This document shows positions 29,081 to 38,060 of a stretch of 43,300 nt of DNA, in pieces (the stretch's first letter is position 1; each line of letters opens with the position of its first letter). Position numbers and translations under genes: made by a program. Origin of the DNA: Cyclobacteriaceae bacterium. Lineage in GTDB: Bacteria > Bacteroidota > Bacteroidia > Cytophagales > Cyclobacteriaceae. A model generated the notes under the pieces. The model was given only the letters and a program-made list of their open reading frames with translations. It was not told the origin of the DNA and did no database searches. The stretch covers positions 1-43,300 of the forward strand of contig JABFSO010000271.1 of the NCBI GenBank assembly GCA_013140555.1, in the 5' to 3' direction.

Positions 29081-29096
29081 AAACTTTAACGGACCG

Positions 29097-29152
29097 CAAA
29101 ATTATCCAAAACCAACTAGAAATCCGTAGTAATCGTTAAATCTGTAAATTTG
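29097..29152. promoter_or_regulatory. Divergent -7 promoter boxes for scpA and dxs
   Basis: Minus-strand TAATTTTG at 29097-29104 and plus-strand TAAATTTG at 29145-29152. Confidence 0.6.
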
Positions 29153-29233
29153 TGGCTAAACCTGCCTAAAACATTCTAAAACACTTACATTGGGATGCTG
29201 TTTTAATAGCAAGCTGCCCAAAACACCGAAAAA

Positions 29234-31162
29234 ATGCTGATCACACCCGGAAAATTATTATCGAAAATCGAAAGCCCAGCCGATCTCAAAAAATTAGATC
29301 AGGTGCAGTTGGTGCAGCTTTGCGATGAATTGCGTCAATTTATTGTAGATAATGTGTCCGTTTATGGAGGCCATTTTGGTGCCAGCTTGGGTGTGGTAGA
29401 ATTGACGGTAGCGCTTCACTTTGTTTTAAATACACCGTACGACCAACTTGTGTGGGATGTAGGCCATCAGGCGTATGGTCATAAAATCCTTACGGGAAGG
29501 CGCGACAACTTCTATACCAACCGCGTGTATAAAGGTATTTCCGGTTTCCCGAAAAGGAAAGAGAGCCCCTATGATGCATTTGGTGTAGGACATTCGTCAA
29601 CATCAGTATCAGCAGCCTTGGGAATGGCTATGGCTTCGAAGTACCAAAAATTGGACGATAAGCAACATGTAGCTGTGATTGGCGATGGCGCATTAACCGG
29701 AGGGATGGCTTTTGAGGGACTGAACCATGCCGGAGTTTCAGACACCAACTTGCTCATTATTCTGAATGACAATTGCATGTCCATCGACCCGAATGTGGGC
29801 GCTTTAAAAGATTATCTGACCGACATTACCACTTCACAAACTTATAACCGGTTGAAAGAAGATGTGTGGAACATGCTAGGCAAGCTGTCTACATTCGGTA
29901 AGAGTGCGCAGGAAATCGTATCAAAAATCGAAACCGGCATTAAGTCAACTTTACTGAGTCAAAGCAATTTATTTGAGTCGCTCAATCTCCGCTATTTCGG
30001 TCCGGTAGATGGCCATGATGTGGATCATCTGGTGGCTATTTTGAATGATCTCAAGCAGATCAAAGGCCCCAAAATTCTACACTGCATTACCACGAAGGGA
30101 AAAGGCTATGGCCCCGCTGAAAAGGGAAACGCTACGACTTGGCACGCACCCGGCACATTCGATAAGATAAGCGGTGAAATCCATAAGAAAATTTACGATC
30201 AACCACAGGCTCCAAAATACCAGGATGTGTTTGGTCACACCCTTGTCGAATTGGCCAAAACCAATGATAAAATCGTAGGAATCACACCAGCCATGCCTTC
30301 CGGCTCATCGATGAATATCATGATGAAAGAGATGCCGACAAGAGCATTTGACGTAGGCATTGCTGAACAACACGCAGTTACTTTTTCAGCAGGTTTGGCT
30401 ACACAAGGGCTGGTACCGTTCTGTAATATTTATAGCTCGTTCATGCAACGGGCGTACGATCAGGTGGTACATGATGTCTGTATTCAAAATTTGCCGGTCA
30501 ACTTTTGCTTGGATAGAGCTGGTTTTGCCGGTGCTGATGGACCGACACACCATGGTGCGTATGACATTGCTTACTTCCGGTGCATACCTAATCTTATTGT
30601 GGCTTCGCCCATGAATGAATCGGAGTTGCGCAACCTGATGTACACCGCCCAACTTCCCCGCAAAGGGCAGGCATTCTCCATTCGCTACCCTCGCGGACAA
30701 GGAGTGATGCCTAACTGGAAAACTCCGTTTGAAGAAATTCAAATCGGAACCGGAAGAAAAGTTAAAGAAGGGCATGATGTGGCCATCCTTACCATCGGTC
30801 ATATTGGCAATTATGCTGTGAAAGTTTGCGAAAAATTAGAAAAACAAGGCATTTACATCGGCCATTATGATATGCGTTTTGCGAAGCCTTTGGATGAAAC
30901 GCTTTTACATGAGGTCTTCACAAAGTACTCTAAGATCATTACCGTAGAGGACGGTTGTATTCAGGGAGGTATGGGAAGCGCGATTTTGGAATTTATGGCC
31001 GATCATCAATACAACGCCTGGATTAAACGATTAGGCATTCCGGATTTGGTAATTGAACATGGCGAACAATCGGAGTTACATAAAGAATGCGGATTTGATG
31101 TAGATGCTATTGAGCAAACTGTTTTGATGATGCTTGAAAACTCGAAGGCATTGGTTCATTAA
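29234..31162 (+). CDS. dxs: 1-deoxy-D-xylulose-5-phosphate synthase
   Basis: GGHFGASLG, WDVGHQAY.HKILTGR, GDGA..G...E.LN, NDN, DVGIAEQHA and DRAG..GADGPTH. Confidence 0.98.
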   Translation: MLITPGKLLSKIESPADLKKLDQVQLVQLCDELRQFIVDNVSVYGGHFGASLGVVELTVALHFVLNTPYDQLVWDVGHQAYGHKILTGRRDNFYTNRVYKGISGFPKRKESPYDAFGVGHSSTSVSAALGMAMASKYQKLDDKQHVAVIGDGALTGGMAFEGLNHAGVSDTNLLIILNDNCMSIDPNVGALKDYLTDITTSQTYNRLKEDVWNMLGKLSTFGKSAQEIVSKIETGIKSTLLSQSNLFESLNLRYFGPVDGHDVDHLVAILNDLKQIKGPKILHCITTKGKGYGPAEKGNATTWHAPGTFDKISGEIHKKIYDQPQAPKYQDVFGHTLVELAKTNDKIVGITPAMPSGSSMNIMMKEMPTRAFDVGIAEQHAVTFSAGLATQGLVPFCNIYSSFMQRAYDQVVHDVCIQNLPVNFCLDRAGFAGADGPTHHGAYDIAYFRCIPNLIVASPMNESELRNLMYTAQLPRKGQAFSIRYPRGQGVMPNWKTPFEEIQIGTGRKVKEGHDVAILTIGHIGNYAVKVCEKLEKQGIYIGHYDMRFAKPLDETLLHEVFTKYSKIITVEDGCIQGGMGSAILEFMADHQYNAWIKRLGIPDLVIEHGEQSELHKECGFDVDAIEQTVLMMLENSKALVH

Positions 31163-31914
31163 TGAGCAGTCTGTTTTACAAGAGATTAGGTTTCGGTCCC
31201 CCGATCATTTTACTACACGGTTTTTGCGAAACGCATCAGATTTGGGATGGATTTGCGGAATCTTTAACTGCTGATTTCTCGGTGGTGAGTTTTGACTTGC
31301 CCGGCTTTGGAGAAAGCCAATTAATCTCGCCACTCTCCATCGAATCGGTGGCTCTGAGAATCATTCAAGAATTGGAAGCATTGAAAATGAATAGGTGTGT
31401 GATTGTAGGGCATTCGCTGGGCGGCTATGTGGCTTTGGCTATGCAGCAGGCACGACCTGAATTGTTTGCAGGAATCGTATTATTTCATTCTACTGTATTT
31501 GCCGACACAGAAGAAAAGAAGTCAAACCGTAATAAAACCATTGAATTTGTTAAAAATTATGGGGTTGCACCTTTTGTAGATACGTTCGTAACCAACCTCT
31601 TCCATCAAAAAAATCATCCTTCTGTCCTGGAAATTCATAAAATGGCCATGCAAACGCCATTGGAAACACTGATCAATTATTCAGAGGCTATGCGCGATCG
31701 GCCTGCACGCGATCAGATTGAAGGTTTTGATTTATTGATTCTGGCTGGCCGGTTTGATGCAATTATCCCTATTTCGGTTTCTGAACAGATGTCCACTTTA
31801 TCAGACCGAACAACCCTAAAAGTGCTCCCATCGAGTGGCCATATGGGCATGTTGGAAGACCGCGAAAAATCGCTTGATTCAATCAGAGCCTTTGGTTTGA
31901 CAAGACTTGTTTAA
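31162..31914 (+). CDS. Alpha/beta-fold hydrolase
   Basis: LLHGF, DLPGFG, GHSLGG nucleophile elbow, G.FD and SGHMG. Confidence 0.92.
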   Translation: MSSLFYKRLGFGPPIILLHGFCETHQIWDGFAESLTADFSVVSFDLPGFGESQLISPLSIESVALRIIQELEALKMNRCVIVGHSLGGYVALAMQQARPELFAGIVLFHSTVFADTEEKKSNRNKTIEFVKNYGVAPFVDTFVTNLFHQKNHPSVLEIHKMAMQTPLETLINYSEAMRDRPARDQIEGFDLLILAGRFDAIIPISVSEQMSTLSDRTTLKVLPSSGHMGMLEDREKSLDSIRAFGLTRLV

Positions 31915-31974
31915 GCTTAACGATTAATTATTCTCTTTTTCTGGATTTTTTGATGTGGATTTTAGTGTTTTGGC

Positions 31975-31982
31975 TATATTTG
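31975..31982 (+). promoter_or_regulatory. -7 promoter box
   Basis: TATATTTG upstream of ATG 32020. Confidence 0.55.
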
Positions 31983-32019
31983 GAATCGATAACATCGTAA
32001 ACCCTAAAGTTTTAAACTT

Positions 32020-32775
32020 ATGACTTCACCTTTAGAACAGATTGATCCCCACAAATACGATGATTGGAATAACCTCGCAGCTAACCTTGGCTATGTTTTT
32101 TGGGCAGTAGGCATTTTGGTGGCAATTGGCTATTTCATTCGGTTGTCTACGATCAGTGGGAACAAAAACAAGTACGATTTCATCAATAAGCATGAAATTA
32201 AATATTTGTGGATTGCCTCTATCATTATTGTCATAGGTCTATGCCTTTACGGCAATTCCAATATTGAAAAAATGAGCTCTGTTTTATTCTTTGTAAGGGG
32301 CTTTTTGACGATTGCCGTGGGTTTGGTTATCGCCATGATTTTGCAAAACCTGCTTAAATTTTATTATCCATTCTTTATCGAAAAGCGCTTGAAAGTATTG
32401 CGCTATAAGCCACGGATTTCTCCTAAAACCGGCAAACCAATGAAGTTGCTGAGCGAAGAAGAAGAAGATGCTTACTTGGATGAGGGTATGCAAGCCGAAG
32501 AAAATGTGTTTTCGGTTGACTACGATGTTTGGAAAGATGAAGAAACGGGCTTTATTCAAATTGAAAAATATGCAGGTCACTTACATGCTATCCAGTGCCC
32601 TGAGTGTAACTACCAAACTTTCAAAGTGGTAAAAGAGGAGATCACAAAAACTCCTACCGCTACAGAAGAAGGTGAAATCATTAAACACTACTTGTGCGGA
32701 TATTGCGGTTACAAAGCGAAGAAAATTGTGGTGTTGAAGCAGCAAGCTAAGACAGCAGACACAGTAGCTGCCTAA
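32020..32775 (+). CDS. Hypothetical 3-TM membrane protein with C-terminal zinc ribbon
   Basis: Three hydrophobic segments, M.LLSEEEEDAYL..EE...SVDYDVW, and CPEC...CGYC. Confidence 0.75.
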   Translation: MTSPLEQIDPHKYDDWNNLAANLGYVFWAVGILVAIGYFIRLSTISGNKNKYDFINKHEIKYLWIASIIIVIGLCLYGNSNIEKMSSVLFFVRGFLTIAVGLVIAMILQNLLKFYYPFFIEKRLKVLRYKPRISPKTGKPMKLLSEEEEDAYLDEGMQAEENVFSVDYDVWKDEETGFIQIEKYAGHLHAIQCPECNYQTFKVVKEEITKTPTATEEGEIIKHYLCGYCGYKAKKIVVLKQQAKTADTVAA

Positions 32776-32791
32776 CCTAAAAGAATTTGAT

Positions 32792-32827
32792 AAAAAAAAG
32801 AGGCTTCGAACGGAAGCCTTTTTTTTT
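32792..32827. terminator. Bidirectional rho-independent terminator
   Basis: A8-G-AGGCTTC-gaacg-GAAGCCT followed by a T run, located between convergent genes. Confidence 0.92.
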
Positions 32828-32832
32828 GCCTT

Positions 32833-33087
32833 TTAGATTTCAAATTCAGGTAACTTAATCTGATCTGAATAAAATTTCATTCGCGTATGCGCCCGATCCA
32901 GCGGAGCAATTCGCTCAATGATAGTTCGCTTGTGATTGATAAATACTTCCACATACTCATCGCCCAACAAATACAAGTTCACTTTATGTTTGTAATAGCG
33001 AATGCCCATGATGAAATGAGCATGTTCGTAGAGTAGGGAAATTTTCTTTTCCATCGGATAATTGGCCAACTCACTCCACGAAATCAT
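32833..33087 (-). CDS. Small hypothetical protein (84 aa)
   Basis: Fills the gap between the rocD stop (7 bp away) and the terminator. Globular-looking sequence IRYY..KVNLY.L...YVEVF. Confidence 0.65.
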   Translation of the reverse strand: MISWSELANYPMEKKISLLYEHAHFIMGIRYYKHKVNLYLLGDEYVEVFINHKRTIIERIAPLDRAHTRMKFYSDQIKLPEFEI

Positions 33088-33094
33088 TCTGTAA

Positions 33095-34333
33095 CTACTT
33101 TGTTGCTTCTATAATTGATTTTTCAATAATATCGCAGCACTCATGAATCTGCTCTTCTGAAATTACCAGCGGTGGTGCTAACCGAATGATGTTGCCATGT
33201 GTGGGCTTTGCAAGCAGACCGTGCTCGGCAAATTTCAAACAAATGTTCCAGGCCGTTTCGCTATCCGGTGTATCGTTGATTACAATGGCATTTAACAAGC
33301 CTTTGCCTCGCACCAATTTCACCATATTGGATTTCTGCATGAAGGCAGTCATTCGGTTGCGGAATACGATTCCCAACCGTTCAGCATTTTCTGCCAGCTT
33401 CTCTTCTTCAATAACACGTAGCGCCTCCATGACCACTGCAGCCGCTAATGGGTTGCCGCCAAATGTTGAGCCATGCTCGCCCGGTTTGATCACCAACATA
33501 ATGTCATCATCGGCCAAAACCAAAGAGATGGGCAACACACCACCGGATAATGCTTTACCAAGTATCAATAAATCGGGGCGCACATTTTCGTGTGACGATG
33601 CCAACATTTTGCCGGTGCGCGCAATGCCCGTTTGAATTTCGTCCATCATCAGCAACACATTGTGCTGCTTACACAATTTTTCGGCAGACTTCAAATAACC
33701 TTCATGTGGTACGTACACTCCGGCTTCACCTTGTATAGGTTCAATCCACAACCCGCAAACATTTGGATTCGCCAATGCCTTTCCGAGAGCTGCTACATCA
33801 TCATAGTCTACAATTTCAAAGCCCGGCATAAATGGGCCAAAACCTTTTTGTGCCGATGGATCGGTAGAAGCACTAATGATAGTAGTAGTGCGGCCATGAA
33901 AGTTTTTCTTAGCGGCTACAATCACCGCCTGATTTTCTGGGATTCCTTTTTTGGTATAACCCCACTTGCGTGCCAACTTGATGGCCGTTTCATTAGCCTC
34001 GGCACCGCTATTCATAAATAGCGCCTTTTCATAACCAAACAATTCGCACACAAACTTTTCGGCTACGCCTAGTTTGTCATTGTAAAATGCACGCGAGGTA
34101 AGTGTAAGTTCTTTGGCTTGGTCGATCAATGCTTGAATGATACGCGGATGGCAATGCCCCTGATTGACGGCACTATAAGCAGAAAGAAAATCAAAATAGC
34201 GCTTGCCCTCTACATCCCACAAAAAAACCCCTTCGCCTTTGCTCAACACCACCGGGAGTGGATGGTAATTATGTGCTCCAAATTTTTCTTCTAAAGCAAT
34301 GGCTTCTTGGCTGGTAGTAATAGTGTCAATCAT
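33095..34333 (-). CDS. rocD: Ornithine--oxo-acid transaminase
   Basis: [61 protein letters not shown] and HGSTFGGNP. The start is taken as ATG 34333 (MIDTITT), not 34573. Confidence 0.95.
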   Translation of the reverse strand: MIDTITTSQEAIALEEKFGAHNYHPLPVVLSKGEGVFLWDVEGKRYFDFLSAYSAVNQGHCHPRIIQALIDQAKELTLTSRAFYNDKLGVAEKFVCELFGYEKALFMNSGAEANETAIKLARKWGYTKKGIPENQAVIVAAKKNFHGRTTTIISASTDPSAQKGFGPFMPGFEIVDYDDVAALGKALANPNVCGLWIEPIQGEAGVYVPHEGYLKSAEKLCKQHNVLLMMDEIQTGIARTGKMLASSHENVRPDLLILGKALSGGVLPISLVLADDDIMLVIKPGEHGSTFGGNPLAAAVVMEALRVIEEEKLAENAERLGIVFRNRMTAFMQKSNMVKLVRGKGLLNAIVINDTPDSETAWNICLKFAEHGLLAKPTHGNIIRLAPPLVISEEQIHECCDIIEKSIIEATK

Positions 34334-34422
34334 AATGGTAAAAATACGGTGTTGGTAAAGGTACTCAAACCGCCTGAATTTTATAATGTAAACCGTGGTG
34401 CATGAAGCTAACCGAAATGCTC

Positions 34423-34430
34423 TAAATTTG
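34423..34430 (+). promoter_or_regulatory. -7 promoter box
   Basis: TAAATTTG upstream of ATG 34448. Confidence 0.5.
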
Positions 34431-34447
34431 TACTCCGAATAATACGT

Positions 34448-35833
34448 ATGGAATTGGACCAGGAAAATTTGAGGCGTTTTTTTGAGAAGTTGCGAAGCAT
34501 TGGTTTGCTGGAGCGAATTTTCGGTTGGGGAAAAATAATTTCTCAGTTGGTTGATGCCAATGGCGAATTGCAAAAACTCATTACCAAAGCAGAATCGCTG
34601 AAGACAGAAAACAGCAGATTGGAAGGTTCGCTCACTGTTGAGAAAGTGGCTACCTCTAATTTACAACAAACAGTAAGTCGGCTGGAAACGGAGAATGTAC
34701 GGCTTAGCGGATCTACCGATCATTTGTTGAAAGAAAAAGAAGAACGAGTAAAAGAACTTTCGTCACTATCAGAGGCAAACAAAATTTATTTGCGCAGAGG
34801 CACAGAATTATCCAATGAACTGGCGGTAACGAAGAGTAGCTTAGAACGTTCGGAACTGGAAAGCAAGCGCATGAAAGAGCAGCTTACGCAGTTTCAAAGT
34901 TTAGAAGAACATCGCAAGAGTGAGTACGAAAAGTCGATGGCTGCGCTCAATCAGATTCAGCAAAAAATTCAAAAAGACCGCGAAGCAGAAGTTGATATCA
35001 GAAACCGTACGGAAATCGAGCGACTGAAAAGATTGAAAGAAACATGGACAGCCCATGAAGAAAACGTGAAGGGGCGAATCAAAGCAATCTGTAATCGACA
35101 TGGCATCGATTACATTGATAAAGTGCCATTCAAAGGCAGTCCGGACAACACGATCAAAATCAAAGATGAGTTTATCATTTTCGATGCCAAGAGCCCAGCC
35201 AGCGATGACTTATCCAATTTCCCATCGTATATCAAAAATCAAACGGATAGCATTAGCAAATACGTGAAGGAAGAAGGTGTAAGGAGGGAACTATTTTTGG
35301 TGGTTCCTACGAACACACTCGATGCGTTGGGTCAATACGAATATAAGCTGCCAGACTACACGGTGTTTGTGATTTCTATTGATTCGCTGGAACCTATCAT
35401 CTTGTCGTTGAAGAAAATTGAAGACTACGATTTTGTCGATCAACTGAGCCCTGAGGAGCGCGAAAATATTTGTCGTGTGATTGGCAAATTCGTGCACCTA
35501 TCCAAAAGACGAATTCAGATTGACGGTTTTTTTGCGAAGCAGTTTTTCGAGTTGGTCTATCGTAGCGAAGCCGATTTGCCAAAAGATATTTTGGATAAGG
35601 TGGTGGAATTTGAAAAATCTGAGAAACTGAATCCGCCCATCGAAAAACGAGCCAAGCAAATCAACCTGAAGGAATTGGAATTAGAGAACGATAAAATTAA
35701 TAGTGAAGCAAACCAGAAGGGAATTGTTACTCACGATTCGTTGTTAATGAAAGAGATCAACAAGCTGCCTTTGTATACCACGCAGGTTGAAAACCCAAAG
35801 AATAAGGATCAGGCAGGATTATTCGAATTCTAA
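34448..35833 (+). CDS. Coiled-coil protein with RmuC-like PD-(D/E)xK nuclease domain
   Basis: Long heptad region followed by PDNTIKI...IIFDAKSP and LFLVVP. Confidence 0.65.
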   Translation: MELDQENLRRFFEKLRSIGLLERIFGWGKIISQLVDANGELQKLITKAESLKTENSRLEGSLTVEKVATSNLQQTVSRLETENVRLSGSTDHLLKEKEERVKELSSLSEANKIYLRRGTELSNELAVTKSSLERSELESKRMKEQLTQFQSLEEHRKSEYEKSMAALNQIQQKIQKDREAEVDIRNRTEIERLKRLKETWTAHEENVKGRIKAICNRHGIDYIDKVPFKGSPDNTIKIKDEFIIFDAKSPASDDLSNFPSYIKNQTDSISKYVKEEGVRRELFLVVPTNTLDALGQYEYKLPDYTVFVISIDSLEPIILSLKKIEDYDFVDQLSPEERENICRVIGKFVHLSKRRIQIDGFFAKQFFELVYRSEADLPKDILDKVVEFEKSEKLNPPIEKRAKQINLKELELENDKINSEANQKGIVTHDSLLMKEINKLPLYTTQVENPKNKDQAGLFEF

Positions 35834-35849
35834 TTATATAAAGGAGTAG

Positions 35850-36227
35850 ATGAAAGTAACGGCAGATAATAAACTTAAAAAATTAATCGTTGTGGGCGAT
35901 CGTGTTTTGATCCGCCCTGCTAAAGAATCGGATAAAACTGAAAGTGGACTATATCTTCCCCCCAGCGTTCAGGAGAAAGAAAAGATACAACGCGGCTATG
36001 TAATCAAGGCGGGGCCAGGTTATCCTTTGCCAATGCCAGCCGATCAGGATGATTTGTGGAAAGGGAAAGAAGAGCAGGTAAAATATTTACCGTTGCAAGC
36101 ACAGGAAGGGGACTTAGCTATTTATCTGCAAAAAGGTGCCATCGAGGTGATGTACGAAGGAGAGAAATACTTCATTGTGCCGCAAGCTTCTATTTTAATG
36201 TTAGAGCGCGAGGAAGATTTAATCTAA
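35850..36227 (+). CDS. GroES-family co-chaperonin paralogue
   Basis: GDRVLI, KTESGLYLP, GYVIKAGPG, EGD, YEGEKYFIV and IL. Confidence 0.88.
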   Translation: MKVTADNKLKKLIVVGDRVLIRPAKESDKTESGLYLPPSVQEKEKIQRGYVIKAGPGYPLPMPADQDDLWKGKEEQVKYLPLQAQEGDLAIYLQKGAIEVMYEGEKYFIVPQASILMLEREEDLI

Positions 36228-36228
36228 T

Positions 36229-36438
36229 ATGGCAGGACTTTCATTTGCATCGCTTAGGGCAGGAAGAAAATATTATCTCATCAACTATGGCGATCGCTAT
36301 GAGTTTGAGTTGGAAACGGTGCTTTCTAATGAAGATTTTCGGGTCAAAGATTTACATACTCTTGAACGCTACACGATTGGTGACTTGCTCAAATTTGGCA
36401 AGGGAAAAGATTTTGAGATCCGCGAACTGCGGGAATAA
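36229..36438 (+). CDS. Small hypothetical protein (69 aa)
   Basis: ATG 1 bp after the GroES-like stop. Beta-rich, globular-looking sequence. Confidence 0.65.
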   Translation: MAGLSFASLRAGRKYYLINYGDRYEFELETVLSNEDFRVKDLHTLERYTIGDLLKFGKGKDFEIRELRE

Positions 36439-36488
36439 TTTCCGAATTTCATCATAGATGTAGCCGATGATTATTTAGCTTGCTTCCC

Positions 36489-37286
36489 ATGTATTTAGAA
36501 TATTTTGGCTACGTAGCCTCTATTTTAATTGGATTGCTTTTAGGATTATTGGGTGGTGGCGGATCGATTATGTCCATCCCCATTCTCGTTTACCTATTCC
36601 AGATCGATGCAGTCACCGCATCTGCTTATTCACTCTTTATTGTAGGCACCACCAGCTTTGCCGGAGCCGTGCCCAAATACCGAGATCACCTAGTAAATAT
36701 TCGCACAGGCTTTTTATTCGGCATTCCCTCCATCGTCACCATTTTCATCACACGGAAATTTATAGTGCCCGCCATTCCCGATGAACTCTTTCAGTGGAAC
36801 GAGTTCTTCTTCACCAAACGCCTGCTGCTTCTGGGCATTTTTGCCATTCTGATGGTGCTGGCCTCCGTGCCTATGATTAAAGGCCGCAGAGACATTCAGC
36901 CAAGAAGAAAAGAGTTTCAAACTCAGTTGATCATAATTGAAGGTGCACTCATTGGCTTTTTGACCGGCTTGGTCGGTGCCGGTGGGGGCTTTCTGATTAT
37001 ACCTGCGTTGGTGCTTCTAACCGGTTTGCCCATGAAAACCGCTGCCGGAACTTCACTTTTTATTATTGCCATCAATTCATTGACTGGTTTTGTGGGAGAT
37101 GCCCTTAACTCGAAAATGGACTGGCAATTTTTGTTAACCATTACAGCCATTGCCATTGTTGGTGTTCATATTGGCAACGTACTTTCGCGCAAAATCCCCG
37201 GAACCAAGCTAAAAAAGGCATTTGGCTGGTTCACTTTGGCTATGGGGTGTTGGATTTTGGTCCGTGAGACCATCCTAAAACCATAA
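36489..37286 (+). CDS. TauE/SafE (TSUP) family permease
   Basis: GLLGGGGSI..P, GLVGAGGGFLIIP and AAGTSL. Multi-TM. ATG at 36489. Confidence 0.92.
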   Translation: MYLEYFGYVASILIGLLLGLLGGGGSIMSIPILVYLFQIDAVTASAYSLFIVGTTSFAGAVPKYRDHLVNIRTGFLFGIPSIVTIFITRKFIVPAIPDELFQWNEFFFTKRLLLLGIFAILMVLASVPMIKGRRDIQPRRKEFQTQLIIIEGALIGFLTGLVGAGGGFLIIPALVLLTGLPMKTAAGTSLFIIAINSLTGFVGDALNSKMDWQFLLTITAIAIVGVHIGNVLSRKIPGTKLKKAFGWFTLAMGCWILVRETILKP

Positions 37287-37344
37287 ATTTTTAAAGCATT
37301 TTTACTCAGACAGGAAACCTTTTGGGTTGATTTTACGATTATTG

Positions 37345-37365
37345 ATAGTAATACTATTATATTTG
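37345..37365 (+). promoter_or_regulatory. Palindromic operator abutting a -7 promoter box, probable TetR autoregulatory site
   Basis: ATAGTA-A-TACTAT (37345-37357) immediately followed by TATATTTG (37358-37365). Confidence 0.7.
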
Positions 37366-37382
37366 ATTGTAAAATCATCAAA

Positions 37383-38057
37383 ATGGCAACACTTGCTTTC
37401 AAACTCAACGAGCATTTATATCTGCGCGATCCGCAGCATACCCAGTTGGGGCAAAACATCATTCAAAAAAGTGTCGAAATGATCGATCGCCTAGGATTTG
37501 AACAATTTACTTTTAAGAAACTGGCCGAGGAGATTAATTCCACCGAAGCTTCGATTTATCGCTATTTCGAAAACAAACACAAACTTTTGGTTTACCTGAT
37601 TTCCTGGTATTGGCATTGGATTGAGTACCGTATCGATATCGCTTCGGGCTCATTACAAAATCCAAGTGAAAAGTTGCGCGCCTGCCTGCGTGTGCTGGCT
37701 GATGAAAAAAAATTCGATGCCGGTTTTGAATTTGTGAATGAGGAAGCATTGCACCGCATTGTCGTAGCCGAGCTTGACAAAACGTATCAGACCAAAGGTG
37801 TGGATGATTACAATAAAGAGGGATTGTTTGGCGGCTTTAAATCGGTTTGCCGAAAGATTACGACTGTGATTTTAGAAGTCAACCCTTCGTATCCATATGC
37901 GGCTTCGTTGGTGAGCACCATCTTGGTGAGCAGCAACCAACAATTGTTTTTTTCAGAGCACTTGCCATCATTAACAACCATTGGAACTGGCCAGGAGCGA
38001 TATACACAACTTTATAAGTTTATGGAAAACATAGTGTTTAAATCCATTCAATCATAA
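37383..38057 (+). CDS. TetR/AcrR-family transcriptional regulator
   Basis: HTH: GFEQFTFKKLAEEINSTEASIYRYFENKHKL. Confidence 0.92.
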   Translation: MATLAFKLNEHLYLRDPQHTQLGQNIIQKSVEMIDRLGFEQFTFKKLAEEINSTEASIYRYFENKHKLLVYLISWYWHWIEYRIDIASGSLQNPSEKLRACLRVLADEKKFDAGFEFVNEEALHRIVVAELDKTYQTKGVDDYNKEGLFGGFKSVCRKITTVILEVNPSYPYAASLVSTILVSSNQQLFFSEHLPSLTTIGTGQERYTQLYKFMENIVFKSIQS

Positions 38058-38060
38058 GCA

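Noticed and set aside
34334-34573. 80-aa N-terminal extension of rocD in the ORF track
   Set aside because: Not aminotransferase-like, and it overlaps the divergent gene at 34448 and its promoter box. ATG 34333 gives a normal-length enzyme.
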